From Geosiphon pyriformis uo1 (Eukaryota; Fungi; Glomeromycota): a DNA stretch of 64,000 nt. Of this stretch, positions 24,412 through 37,529 are shown piece by piece; position 1 is the stretch's first letter, and each line of letters begins with the position of its first letter. Below the pieces are notes generated by a model. The model was not told the origin of the DNA. It ran no database searches and saw nothing but the letters and a program-made list of their open reading frames with translations. The position numbers and the translations under genes were made by a program. Location: positions 1 through 64,000 of the forward strand of contig JAAOMT010000503.1 of NCBI GenBank assembly GCA_016748015.1. Direction: 5' to 3'.

Positions 24412-26720
24412 TTTTTTTTTATTCATTTAACGAGCGAGGCCCAAAAGCTATCTAAAACAATACATCGAAGAATTAATCTAAATTAAGTGCTAATCATGTG
24501 TTTTCTACATGTAACCAGCCACTCAGACCAGTCAAGAACATATTATACTAAAACAATAGGAGGTGGAAATAACTCTAACCCATGAATTTTTTCAATAACA
24601 CCATTCAGATTCCTAGAATCAAAAATAAACTCATTAAGAAACAATCTAGTAGATTCAACACTACTCCTAATCTCAACATCTGACATCCGCCACAAAGCGA
24701 CAACACACTCAATAGTGTCTTCACTCAAAAAAAAAGATTTGATGGTCTGTATATTATTATAATCCATGCCACCAAAGTTAACTTCAGATCTAAGACAAGC
24801 AATGTTCTTAGACACACCAACCAGAAGATTGGCAAAATTGTTAGAAGCATATTTCATAGAAAGGAGATCTTTCTCTAACTGCACAGTCTTAATGGCATTA
24901 TCATCAAAGAGACAAGATACCAAGGCAACCAAAGAACCAATAGGCTCAAAAATAGACTTTACCAAGGCAGCCAAATCCGAAATTTGCTTTTCCAAAGAGT
25001 CCAATCTGGACCCAACAGCAGTATCAACAACAGCTACAGAAAAGGCGGAAGCCACCAAAGGAGGAAATTCAGACATAACAGAGAAAGCAAATGCTTTAGT
25101 ATAAGACAAAGTACCAACAAAATGTGGTTTGAACATCTTGGGAGCCTTAGGAGGTAGAAATGGAGAAACTTTGCAGTCAACAGCCAAATAGCCCACTTCT
25201 TGACACCTAAAGCATTACCGACAACCAGAAGTTTCCCACCAAATACAGCATTTTCTTAAAGTACCAGTTTTAACAATTGCAGAGTTCAAATCAATTCGGG
25301 AAACAAATGTAACCAGAGCAAACTGGAAATAATGACCAGAATTGGGTGAACGAGGAATAAAACATGTCCGGCCACCAACCTGGGAGATCATATTACTAAT
25401 CTCAAAGGCAGTACAGCCAGAAGGGAGATTGACCAACTTGGCCTTAAACATATCACAAGACAAAATAGTCTCATTTTGATTCACCAGAAGGAGAATTCTA
25501 ATATTATCCTTGCTCACCAAAACTGATCAATGATTCAAAGCAGACACAGTAGAGTCCAACTTTTCAAAATAAACCATCATGTATTGCCAAATGCCAGCAG
25601 GCTTCAGCACAACACAAGCAACACTACCAAACACACTGAAAGCTATCTTAATGTCAGCAGCAAACACACCCAAAGACACATCTTGCAGTGCAACAGCAGC
25701 AAAAGAGGAAACAGATTCAGAAACCACCAAAGACTTGGCAATTTTGAGAGTGGCCAAATGAACAGAACTTGTAAGCTCAACCAGAAATGCAGCTTCTAAA
25801 GACTGTTGAGAAGCAAACTCCATACAGAAAAGCTTCATATTGTCTTTTGAAACAGATTTAGCATCTAAGAAACCATGTACAGACTGAAAAACAGCCTTAA
25901 CATGAGTCAATTTGATCTTAAAAGTAACATCAGACACCAGAGTGGAGGCCACCCATCCAGCAAACCTTTAATGACTAGTAATAGTTTCCTAAGCACCATC
26001 AGAAGGAGCACCAGAAACTAAAGAAAGAGATGATTCAGTTTCTATTTGATCAGCCCAGTTTCCAAGAACAGGTGACCCAACAGGAGGAGATTGATTTGCT
26101 TCTAAAACCGGTAATGATCTGTCAGAAGACGCCACATTTGGCAATACAGCCAATGATTGATCTTGGCCTATCTTAGACGACATGCCAGATAATGCTATGA
26201 AGATCTCATCTAAGATTTCATTGGAAACCACAAAGGGTTTCGGTGTAACAATAGCAGAAGCAAGTAACTGCCTCCATTTTTCTGAACTTTTGGTCTTTTT
26301 GACCATTTTTTTTGAAGAAGTGGTGCTAGCAGCACCAAGTGTTGAATCTATGGAGGGAAAAACCAGCTTATTTACTGGTTTATTATTAAAAACTTTTGGG
26401 TTCTTAGTCGGAATAGAAACAACACTAAGACTAACTCAAGTGTGTCTCTTTGAAGGAACTTTGACTGGTGAGAAACCAGCCAAAGATGAAAAAATTGCTT
26501 CAGTGGCTACCAAAGGCAGCTTATCACGATTACTGGGTAAAAAGAAGGCTTCTAAAATGTTTTGCCTAGTTGCTTCTACAATAGAGAGAGCTCCTCTGGT
26601 TGAAATTTTATTAGATATCTCAGAACAGATATCAGGTGCAGCTTTTTTACTCTTTGCTCTGGTCATGATCATAAAATTAAGGAAACAAAGAGCTAATTTT
26701 TTTAAATATATTTTAAAATA
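24412..26720 (-). mobile_element. Non-autonomous ORF1-only retroposon (HAL1-like) carrying the LINE 3' tail and poly(A)
   Basis: Single frame 26672-24543 with RRM-like repeats, a zinc knuckle and a coiled coil; no APE or RT; 24412-24540 is homologous to the LINE 3' UTR (10940-11073). Confidence 0.8.
24543..26672 (-). pseudogene. ORF1/Gag-like RNA-binding protein (~709 aa ancestral), point nonsense mutations only
   Basis: Five ORF-track fragments (starts 26672, 26306, 25952, 25520, 25196) share one frame; AKLVNLPSGCTAFEI..VGGRTCFIPR..FALVTF (RRM-like); CFRCQEVGYLAVDC knuckle; RLDSLEKQISDLAALV coiled coil. Confidence 0.8.
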
Positions 26721-26799
26721 AAAAGTAATAATAATATATTATAATTAATAAACAAAGTTAAAAAAATAAAAAATAAAATAAAACAGATACAATTATTAA

Positions 26800-28200
26800 T
26801 TATTTAAATTAATTAAGATAATATTATATATTTATAATAACAAAAATTATATTATTAATACTTAAAAAAAAACACAATCTATATATATTAAAGCTAATAT
26901 TTAATATCTTAACAATTATAAACAATTTTATAATACTATTAAAAGCAAAGATAAAAGATTACCAATATTAAAAAATATTAATTCATTATATAATATTAAA
27001 CTGTTTTTTATTATAATTAACAAATATATCAGCCAAATTTTTTTCTAATATATTATTTTAAAACTATACACAAAATTCACAATTTTGTTAATATTTTAAA
27101 ATTTTTTAAAACAAAAAAAAATTTCTGGTATTATTTTTTAAATATAAAACTTTTATTAAAAATTATATACAATATATTATTAAATATATATAAAAAAACA
27201 GTTATAATATACATGATAATAATTTGTATAGATTAAAAAAATAAATTTTTATATAATAATATATAAATTTAGTAATTTTTTGTAAATATTAAAATCTATC
27301 TTATATGAAAAAAAATAATTAAAAAATTCAAATTTATCATAAAATACTATAATAATACTTATTATATAAGCATTTCTGTACAGCTATAAATAAATAGTAA
27401 TATAAAGTTTTTATAAAATAAAAATACAAACCAGTTGTAATTTTATTCATAAAATTAACAATTATATAAAAATTAAGATACCAAATCAGAAACAACTAAA
27501 TTCAATTAACATTTTTTAATAAATTATTATTTAAAACTCTAGTATCAAATCCAATTTTTTAATAAACACAATTAACTATTTTAAAGATATTATAAATAAA
27601 ATATCATATATTTTTTAAAACAGCATACTATTAATTTTAATAAATCATTTCAAAATACAAACCAATTAAAAAAAATATAATACTAATTAGCTTATTAGCT
27701 TTATTATTACCTACAATATTTAAATAATTTTTAAATTTAGACTCCAAATAACATAAAGATTTTTATCTTTAATAATATTTAAAATGTAATAATACTTTAG
27801 TCAATAATAATTACAAAAGTCAAGTAAAACCAAAACCAATTCAAATAAATATATTTAAAACAATTTGACTGTTCAAGTTTATTATAATTGCACAAAAAAA
27901 ACATATTTTAAAGCTAATATAATAGTTTGTAATTTAATTAAAGTAAAAAAAACCAACTCAAATATTTTAATATTAATATTTAAGTTTAAATCCTCAAAAA
28001 ATACTGTAATATTAACTCTTATATTAACTGTATTTAGATCTCTTAAAAAGTTATCAGTGTAAATATTAACAATTTTTAAGCCAGCATTAAACAAACTGTT
28101 TTTTATTATAGAAAAATTATCCAAGTTAAACACATTAGAAGACTAAGAATCTGTAAAATAAGATAAAACACCATAATAATAAAACTAATTAACAAGCAAA
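26800..28200 (-). mobile_element. Very degenerate LINE 3' fragment (RNase H to C-terminus)
   Basis: ORF 27882-28133 IYTDNFLRDLNTVNI..ITVFFEDLNL..KLQTIILALKYV aligns with VYTDGSLRNLGTVG..AAVFFEDIG..ELxAIALALECV; boundaries approximate. Confidence 0.7.
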
Positions 28201-28699
28201 AACAATTATAGTTATATTAAAAAATTTAAAATAAACAATAATATATTGTTAAATATTAATAAGTTTTAATATAATTTGAGAAATTTTACTAAAAACACTA
28301 AATACCTTTAGAATTAACAAAAAACTGATTTACTACAATATTATACAAAAAAATGTTTTTACAGAGTGCTATTAAGCAGTTTTTACAGTTTTAAATGTAT
28401 TTTTAGTAAAAATACCACTAGTAACTTTAAGTACTATAGTGTTTATAACTTTTTTACTTTTTGCTTCATGTGATCATAAAAAAATATTTTTTGTTAAAGT
28501 ATTTTTTATTACATAATAAATTTTGTCATTAATATTAAATAAAGACACAAAATTAACCATTTTAAATTGCTCAAAAAATATGACAAATTCTTTGTAATTT
28601 GCAAAAGTTTTATCTACAACCTCGATGATTATCATCAAATTGTGTGATTGGTGGAATCCATAATAAATTATATATTATTTGAGTTATCTGATCCATCAA

Positions 28700-30321
28700 A
28701 TGGCTACAACTTTTTCTCTTGACGGTCTTGAGGTCTGTTGGCCGCTTTTACTTTCCAAGAGTTATGAATTTAACTTATTTATCTTAATATTTTAGGACCG
28801 GATAAAGGCACATAGTGACTTTGTCGACGGTGTAATAAGTTTGATACCGCCTAAACATTATTTCAAAAATGAACCCAGTGGCGAGGTACCTGGGCTCTTT
28901 GATACTTGTTTTTTATCTCAATAATTTTCAATCGTTATTTATATTATACCTTAGTTTCTCCAGGAGAACACTACTCCTTTTCAGCCCAATAAAAGGAAAC
29001 GTATCTCTAAAGAAGTTCATAAAGAACAGAAAAGACGTGGGAAAAAATTGAAGGTATTGATATTTAATGGGTTTGATTTTCACTTCCATCATTTTGAGAT
29101 TATTTAAACATTATCGATTGACTATTAATTTAGCTTGATCCTGTGAATCTCAAGACGGTTCAGGAGATTCAGTTAGAAAGGCTGGAAAAGATGAAAAGAA
29201 TTGCTCTAGATGATCAGGATCTCAATAATGAACATAAAAACAAATCCAATGTTGAAGAACAAGTTCAGAACGAAGGTTCAAATTGGTCTGATAGCTGATG
29301 ACTATTTTTCGTTTAGCATACTTCACAGTTATTAATCTAGCTCTTTTGATCAGATGACATGTCTGTGCCTCCAAAAAAGACTACGCCTACCAGAAGTATT
29401 GCGGATCGACTCGCTCAATTGCGTCGTGCTGCTATCAATACGATTGGTGAAAAAGATGGGGAAAAAAATATTAAAAGACGTGTTCGTGAAGCACAAAAAA
29501 AAGAAAAGAAAAAGGCATCCCAAAACAAAAAATCTAAAGCAATCGCAGACCCCATAAAGAATGGTAGTAAAAATTCAACAGAAACTGCCCTTGAGGATGG
29601 AGAAGCTGACGAAGATAAGATTTTATTCAGCAAGTTTGAATTCAATGACGAAAAGAAAAAGAACAAAAAGAAGGATGACAAGCAACTTATTAAAAAGGTG
29701 TTTTTTAATGTCAAAGTTTGTTAATAAATTTACAGTTCCCTCAATGGTTAATTTTCAAATTTTTAATAGTTGGAACTCCACAAAAAAGAGGTCGGGATGT
29801 TGAAGCAAAAAGATCCGGAAAAGGTATTCTATCCGTGTTCTGATTTTTGCTCAGTATTTATTATTTGGGATTTGTTTTCAATATTTATTAACTCTACAAA
29901 ACTGCTGTATTTCTTTATAGGCAGGGAAGTTGGTTGAGGCAGAATCTTGGAAGAAGGTTTTGCAAAAAGCCTACGGAGAAAAAATTAAGGATGACCCTAA
30001 ACGTCTTAAAAAGACGATCAAGCGTGTTGAAAAAACCAAAAAGGCCAGCGAAAAGTCTTGGTATAAGATTCAACCTGGAGAATATATGTTTGATGATGTA
30101 ATAATAATATAATATTAATCCGTCTTAACCAATTTATTCATTAGGAAAACACGCCTTGAAAATATCGCAAATAGTAAGGCACAGAAACAAAAAAAGAGAG
30201 CAGAAAATATAAAAGCTCATATTGATGCTAAAAAGAAAAAGGTAAAAAATTTATTATACAATATAATTTACAGAGCTATTAATATTATTATTTGACCAAC
30301 TTCTTTTGGTAGAAATCTTGA
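28700..30321 (+). CDS. RRP14: RRP14/SURF6 family ribosome biogenesis protein (multi-exon)
   Basis: Spliced N-terminus MATTFSLDGLE/DRIKAHSDFVDGVISLIPPKHY (RRP14 N domain); C-terminal SURF6 domain WKKVLQKAYGEKIKDDPKRLKKTIKR..KKASEKSW..KQKKRAENIKAHI; GT-AG introns. Confidence 0.88.
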
Positions 30322-30917
30322 TTTATATGTTAAACATCATGTATACTGCTCAAAAGGAAAACGGTAAAGAACTATCCATTTTGAGGTTGGAAGCTCCTTT
30401 TGGATTTAAAGGTTGGATAATTAATTTCATGAATTAGACGAACGTATGTTGGCTTTAGAGGATTATTTTAGTTATTATGGTTGTGATGCCATTGACTTCT
30501 TTGATTTCAATTAACAACTGCATTAAATCACCAACGTTTGCCTTTAAATTAGAAATTATTTATTATCTTACAAGGTTATTAGGAAATCAAGATTAGGCCC
30601 TCAGTTTTTTAAATTGCGATGAGATACCTTTGCTTATCAAGACTCAAATAAACCCATCTTTGGAAAACAATTATTTTTAGAAAACTAAACCTAGGCCACA
30701 CTCTGTTTCTCATAAAACGTTAGTGCCAATGAACCAAATAATGAATATTGACAGTAGATCCTCTTTAAATCTCCCGAATCTTGCAATAAACTGGTCTAAC
30801 TGCACAATCGGAGAAATAATTATTTTGTTCGTAATCGATGTTGTCAAGGCAACATCAAAATTTTTGAAGTCTTCTAACAACAAGATCACCTTTTAATTTC
30901 TTTTCGCCGTTTAAGAT

Positions 30918-33827
30918 ATGGAAATGGAAGCTACCCCTGTCAATACAGTATATGTCTTTTTCATCGTTTGTTTCTTTATATTTGGTTTGATTTAAACAAT
31001 TTCTTGTTCGTTTAGGCACACGCATATGCCAACGCCGCAGAGGAGTTCGAAGAGAAAGAGCAATGGGGAAAAGCATTGGAAGCTCATTTTCGTGCAGCAG
31101 GTAATTTGAGGTTTTAACTTCATATAAAAAATCTTTGTTTCATGCTAATCCATTGATCCTTTCTACAAGAACAATTTCTACTAGCCATTTCTTATACTTC
31201 GGATTCAGAGGTAATTTCCTCACCTTATTTATTTCTTACCGCCATTAGTTTATGTTTACCAATCAATCACACAGGCAATTCGAACCCTGAAAATGCTTTA
31301 TGCGAATCATAATCGTCAAGGAAAAGAGCTTCAACGACGATTAAGCAAACAATCCCAGTCTTCACCCCGACAAAAAGCTGTTCAATCTTCTTCCGGTAGC
31401 AACTCACAACCTTTATCATCATCACATCGTAATCGATTGCCGCCCTCCTCTTCATCACCAGGACAAACTCCTCGACAGAATTCGAGTTATGCGGCTCATA
31501 GGTTACATCAACAACAAAATTTGCAAATTCAAAAGTTACAGCAAACATCAAGGCTTTCAAGTGCGGGCCATTCCTCTCCAATAATTCCGAGAGATTATTT
31601 CTCGACCAACCAACATTCTTATGATGATGATGATGATGATGGGTCAGGCTTCAACATACCATCATTAGCCTCTAGGAACAATATTAGCCAAACCAAATCT
31701 AACAATGAACGATCACAATGTAAGAAATAAACTTTCGATGCTCCAGATTTTTATTTTATTTTTGACATGTTATGTTTAATATATATCTTTTAAACTATAT
31801 ATCGGCTAGCTCCAACCCCATCTTTAAATGCTCCTAGAGATAGTGTCGAATCTTTGAACCCTTCGCTCAATCAATCCTCAGTTTCAGTCGAGGAATCTTA
31901 TATGGTTTTGAAAGAAAACAATGATTCAGCTGATGTAAGCATTTGACTTTTGAATGGTTTCTTCTAAAATAAGGTCAGATTTAAATAAATTGCATCTTTT
32001 TAGGACGACGATTCTGACCCTTTTAACAAGTTTTGGGAAATAGTGGAATCATTAGTCTCGAAAGTTTCCAATCCAGTCGCATTCGCTACTGTACCTCTTC
32101 ATCTTAGTGGTTTTCGGAATATTAACGATTACTCTAAGCCATTAGAGAATAATATTGTCCCACTCTCATTGCCTATTCAAAATAAGCTGAATCAGCATAT
32201 AGGTTAATTTATTACTTAATTAAACATACGTTTATTATTATATTTCTTGGCTTTTGATTAACTTTAATTCATTCCAGAAACTTATACGAAACCTGACGCC
32301 CTCTCTTCGACCATGGTGGAATCATATTTTATTGTTCCCACCGACAAAAAACTCATTTCCAATAATTCAGCTGGAGAATATTCTGCTTCCTTGTCTGGAA
32401 AGTTCGTAAAAACTTTTATGCTACTGATAATTGGAAGAATAATAAGTCCATTAATAGCTTAATTTAAATTAAATTTTTCTAGTAAAAACCCCCCCTCTAT
32501 ATCCAAGACTATAGAAGAATATGCGATCGAAAACCAGCAACTCAAGTTAATTCTCGATAACTTATCTAAACGAATGTTAGCCTATGAAAAGGTATGTCCT
32601 AAATCTTCTCATGAGGCTCTTAAGTTTATTTATCTTTCGCATTAACTGATCCCTCTTATTTAGGCTGCAGAGGAAAATAGCATGTTAAAAAGCAGCATAA
32701 TGCAATTTAGAAACGATGTTGAGAAACAGGTATTTAAAAAGTGCTAAACCTATTTCAAAATTGACCAATTGTTATTCAATTAAATTCTCAAAAAACAAGG
32801 CTAAACGTATAAAACAAAGCCAAGAGTTAAGGTCCTCGCTCTTGGTAAGGCAATTATCCCCGGACAGTTCAGCCGGTAAGTAAGTACTTTGGTGCTTATA
32901 TTTGATCTAAAATGTACAATACCCAATATTTTTATTACTTATTATCTATCCCTTGAAATTCACCTTTATTGAATGAAAATTCAGTCACAAACTCCAATTT
33001 TTTGCAAAGAAGAGTCAAGGAATTGGAGGATGAGCTGCGTAAGGTTAAGCACGACAATGAAACACAGGTAAGTCAGATTTATCTTTAACCCTTGCTGAAC
33101 TTAAATTCATACCTAACGCGTAAAATCTTCAATATGATAGAAAGTTCTTATGACAAAGTATCGGGAACGCTGGGAAAAGCTCAAAGAATCTGCTAAGAAA
33201 CGACGTAGTGAGAAACAGAGTGATAGTGTCTCAGGGTCTCCAACCAATGCAGCTTTGTCCTTAGTCACGAACAATGAATCCAAATATCGACAAACTAGCA
33301 CACCATCTACTACATATTCGCGGCCACAATTATCACCATCTCCCACATCCAGGACTCCAACTCCAAAACCACCTTCACAGGGATCCGTATCACCGCCTGC
33401 AAGCCCTACGATTTTTGGATTCCCAAAACAACGTCAGGGTGTTGGTGGCCTCTTCAACTCTCCCTCACACAATTCTAATTCCAAAGGGAACAATGTTGTA
33501 TTAACAGCCCGTGAACGTACTCCTGTTCCCCCGACTACTACCATTGTTCACGCCACTGCAACTGGTTCTCCTACAATAACTCATGATCGTAGTCAGAGTA
33601 TGAGTAGCGATCTACCTTTTGCTTTGTCGCAACCGGAATTGAAAAGGCCAAATTCGTCGAGCTCATTAATGCCTCATATTTCGTCTGCTCCTAGGAGAGA
33701 TTCAGCTCCTGAAATATATTTCAGAAGGCATTCCTCTACCTCTTCGATTTCTTCTATAAACGCTATAGGTACTAGTTCTGTCCAAAGCGTATATCACACT
33801 GCACCTTTGGCTGCTTCCAACATTTAG
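30918..33827 (+). CDS. ATG38: Atg38/NRBF2-like autophagy PI3K complex I subunit (MIT domain and coiled coil; multi-exon)
   Basis: Spliced MEMEATPVNT/AHAYANAAEEFEEKEQWGKALEAHFRAA/EQFLLA..AIRTLKMLYANH (NRBF2-type MIT); DPFNKFW..PVAFA; KTIEEYAIENQQLK coiled coil; KYRERWEKLKESAKKRR. Confidence 0.75.
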
Positions 33828-35399
33828 AATGGCCAAAGAATTTGTTGGAATCTACCTATACAGTTGATCAGATATGCCCGAAACCTTTAAATGATTTTAC
33901 GGACGGTGTTGACGTTGGCATGAAGCTTTTTCCCTCATGATTTTCAGATAAATAATCCCAAGAAAGGAGACCCTTACACATGGTACATTTTTGATCAATT
34001 TCTTTATCAAGAAATGTGAGTTGCTACTGGTTCACAACCTCCATTTCAAATATAACAATTTTCCACTTAAATCATCGAAAAACCCAATTATAGAACTCCT
34101 GAGCCTTGAACTTATAGAAGTACTAATATGTAGCAATTTATTATCCTTTTTAGAATTTTAACAATCAGAGAATCACCTTGTAGTTAATAAAATTTAGACA
34201 TTTCGAGATTCGTACAAAGCAGATTGAAATTTAAAAAGAAATTGGTCTGCTATTTTTAACATGAAAAAATTTGGGCAAAAGTGGGTTAGCAATCAGGATG
34301 GCGTAACTTGAAAAATGTTTTCGCGTCGCATAAAAACATCTTAACTACTTTCTTTTCATGATGACTCGCTCTACTAATACCCTCTCGTTGTCATCTTTGG
34401 CCTGCACTTCTTTACTCACGCGCGTTCAAGGCTCGAGGGTCGCGAAACGGTGGGATCCCCTGGAGTATCACAAGACCAGGGTTGAGGCCAGCCTTCCTTT
34501 ATATAAAGGAAGCAGTGGCCGCTCGTTTTGCTTAGGCTCTTAAAGACCCAAGAAACTCCGGAGAACCATGAGGCAATCGTGAGGGGGATTTATCTTTCCC
34601 AGCGCTCTCCTGTTCATGTTCACGGCATAAGGCAGTTTGGTACCAAATATTTAAGTGAATCTTTTGAAGACCCTCAAGGATATGCGGATTAAGTTAATGA
34701 AAAAAGTAAATTGGGGAAGGAGCTATGGACAATGATGCAAACGATCCTCAATGCGAAGGCAAGTATTATTTCCTTACACCTGCAATATTTTATCTATCAT
34801 AACACCAACATATATATTAATTCTTTGCCACGTTATCAGGTTGCTGTCCGCGAAACGGTGAGGCCATTCAATCAAAGGGGTCAAGCATATGTCATGCATG
34901 TTCACGTTAAAGAAGGAAAAGATTGCAAAGGCACCCCATCCACATTAGCTTGGGGATTTGTCTCCGCGATTATAAAAAAGTTTTAATATATTTTATCAGA
35001 TGTAATTAAAACCTAAAAAGTTAATAATAGTTTTTTCTAAAATTTAAATTATTAAAAGCTTCCAAAGCCGTTAAGCTAATAATTTTAAAAATAATATGTT
35101 ATTTGTTTCCAATTGATTAATACTATTATTTAATTAAAATTATTATTAACATTATATTAAAGTAATATTAATTTACAAATCAATAATCAGAACATAATAT
35201 AAAAAATAATATATAATTATGCACAATTATGTACATTTATATAAAATTATTATAAAATATTATAAAAATGAATTTTTGTTATTTAAAATATTAAAATATA
35301 TTTTATATTTTTTGTTACTTTATTAAATATTTTTTTAATATTGTTATTAAAATCATTAATATTAATTATTTTCTATGTTTTTTGTTTTTACAATAATGT

Positions 35400-36100
35400 T
35401 TTAACATTAGAGATTTTAAGAGAGTTTAGGTATTTTAAAATTATAAAATTTCTTAAAAAATATAAAATTGTTTTTACTAATCAGTTTTTAAATAATTACA
35501 ATTTATGTTTTATTTAGAAAAATTCTTGATGTTAAAGATATTTAAATCTTAAAGATTTGGTTTTAATTAATTTAAATTTTTTTTTCAACAGAAAGTTGTT
35601 TGTATTTAATACTTTATATAAAAAAAAAGTATGCTTAATATTAATGATTTTAAGATTTTTCAATTTGGTTTAAAAAAACTTGTTTAAATAAGATTTTAAT
35701 ATTTATTAATAGTTTAATTAAGAATATTAATTTATTAAGTATTATAAATAATATTAACTTATTTTTCAGATTTAAGTTTGAACATAAAAATAAAAATTCA
35801 TAATTTATTATTATTTATAATAGCTAAATTACAAATTATTGTCTTGGTATTAGAATATATATTAATTTTAAGCAAAATAATTATTAATTTAGATAGTTAA
35901 AATTAAATATTTATTAAACTATAATTAATTATATTTAATTTTGATAATAAAATATTATTATATAAGCAATATTATTTTTAACAAAAAAAATTTTGTTAAG
36001 TAGTCTAAAATCAAAAAATATTTTAATATTTTTAATAATAAGCAAGTTAATATATTAATAAATAAAATTATATTATTAAAATTTTTGTTTAATTTATTTT
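35400..36100 (+). mobile_element. Extremely degenerate LINE RNase H relic
   Basis: 35810-35900 reads IIAKLQIIVLVLEYI..INLDS, matching MAELxAIALALECV..LFLDS; boundaries approximate. Confidence 0.55.
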
Positions 36101-37529
36101 ATAAATAAAACCCAAACACAACTTAATATAATGCATCAATTAAATAATCTAAATTATGCATAAATTATGCTTTTATTATGTTTTTAGTTAATATCAAAAA
36201 AAGTTTTTAATAACTAATAGTAAAATAATTTTAATATTTTATTAAATTAATATTTAATATAATTAAAAAAAACTTGATAAAAAGTTAAATTTAAAGCTAA
36301 AACAATTGATTTTTTTTAATTCAAAATATTAATTAATATTATATTATTTTGGTTTAATATTCTGATTTTTAAATACTTTATTAATAAGATTATAATTAAT
36401 TTACACATAATATATTATAAAAATATTATATAAAAATTGTTAATAATAATTAAAAAACAGTTTTATAGTCTAAATTATTCTAATATTTTGTTTATTTAAT
36501 ATAGTAAAATAAAAATTTTAAATTATAATTTCGTTTATAATATAAATTTAATTGTTTATTAAATTTTTTAAATAAATATTTTTTATTTTAATGGTTTTTA
36601 ATTAATACAAATTTGATTACTTTTTTGGTGTTTTAATTTTTGGCTTTGTGTATTAGCAATAATAATTTGTATATAATAGTTAATAAAAATTTTATGTTTA
36701 AAAATAAATTAATAAGATTTAATTGGTTTTTAATAATATAAAAATTAAATATTAAAGTTGTTTATAAATTAACAATAGATTATAAAAAACATAATTAATT
36801 AACTAATTTAAATTTAAAATTATATTAAAAAATACATATATATTGTGTATTAATAATTTAGTATTTGTTAATATTTGTAATTTTTTTAAAAATATTTAAT
36901 ATCATAAAAAGTTATATCATAAATTTTAGTTTAAAAATATTTTGCTTGTTTTTTTGATTTAAATAAAAATATTTAATTAAAATAAGTATGTAATATTATT
37001 TATAATTAATTATGAATAAAAAACATAAATTATATTTAATTTAAAATACTTAATTATTGTATTATATTAAATAATAATTTAAGTTTTATTTGTAAAATTT
37101 GATAAAAAACAAAAAAAATAAATTTTTTTCTCTCTTTCATCCCAAATTCCTAAAAAAGAGTCAAAAAAGTTTTTTTAAAAAAAGTTTTTACAATTCAGTA
37201 CGATAAATCCAAACCATTTTTGCTTGATTACAAGACTATTGTTGGTCCCAGTATTGCCATAATGAAGAAGTCTGCCAAAGGCTTTAGTGCTGATACTATT
37301 AGTAAGGATGTTGCTCCTAAGAAAAAAAAAAAGGGGTGGTATTCTAAAAGATGGTGCAGCTTAGAAAATAGTTTGTCTAATAAAGTGGTTGGTGGTTCTT
37401 GGGGGTTTGAGACTGGAGATACCACTGAATTTGACAGTGTGAACATAGAAAAGAAATTTTTAGTTAAGAAAACTAGTGTAGATTATGGAGAAAAAAATTT
37501 TTTAGAAGGAAAAGACAATAACCAAACAT

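Noticed and set aside
24766-26721. Plus-strand ORFs (24766, 25530, 25579, 26182)
   Set aside because: Antisense shadows of the minus-strand ORF1-like frame
34280-34292. CTAACCC on the minus strand as a telomerase RNA template
   Set aside because: Only 7 nt, with no supporting pseudoknot identified
34358-34366. ATGATGA box C / hammerhead-like core
   Set aside because: No nearby CTGA box D, and not a CTGANGA hammerhead core with the required stems
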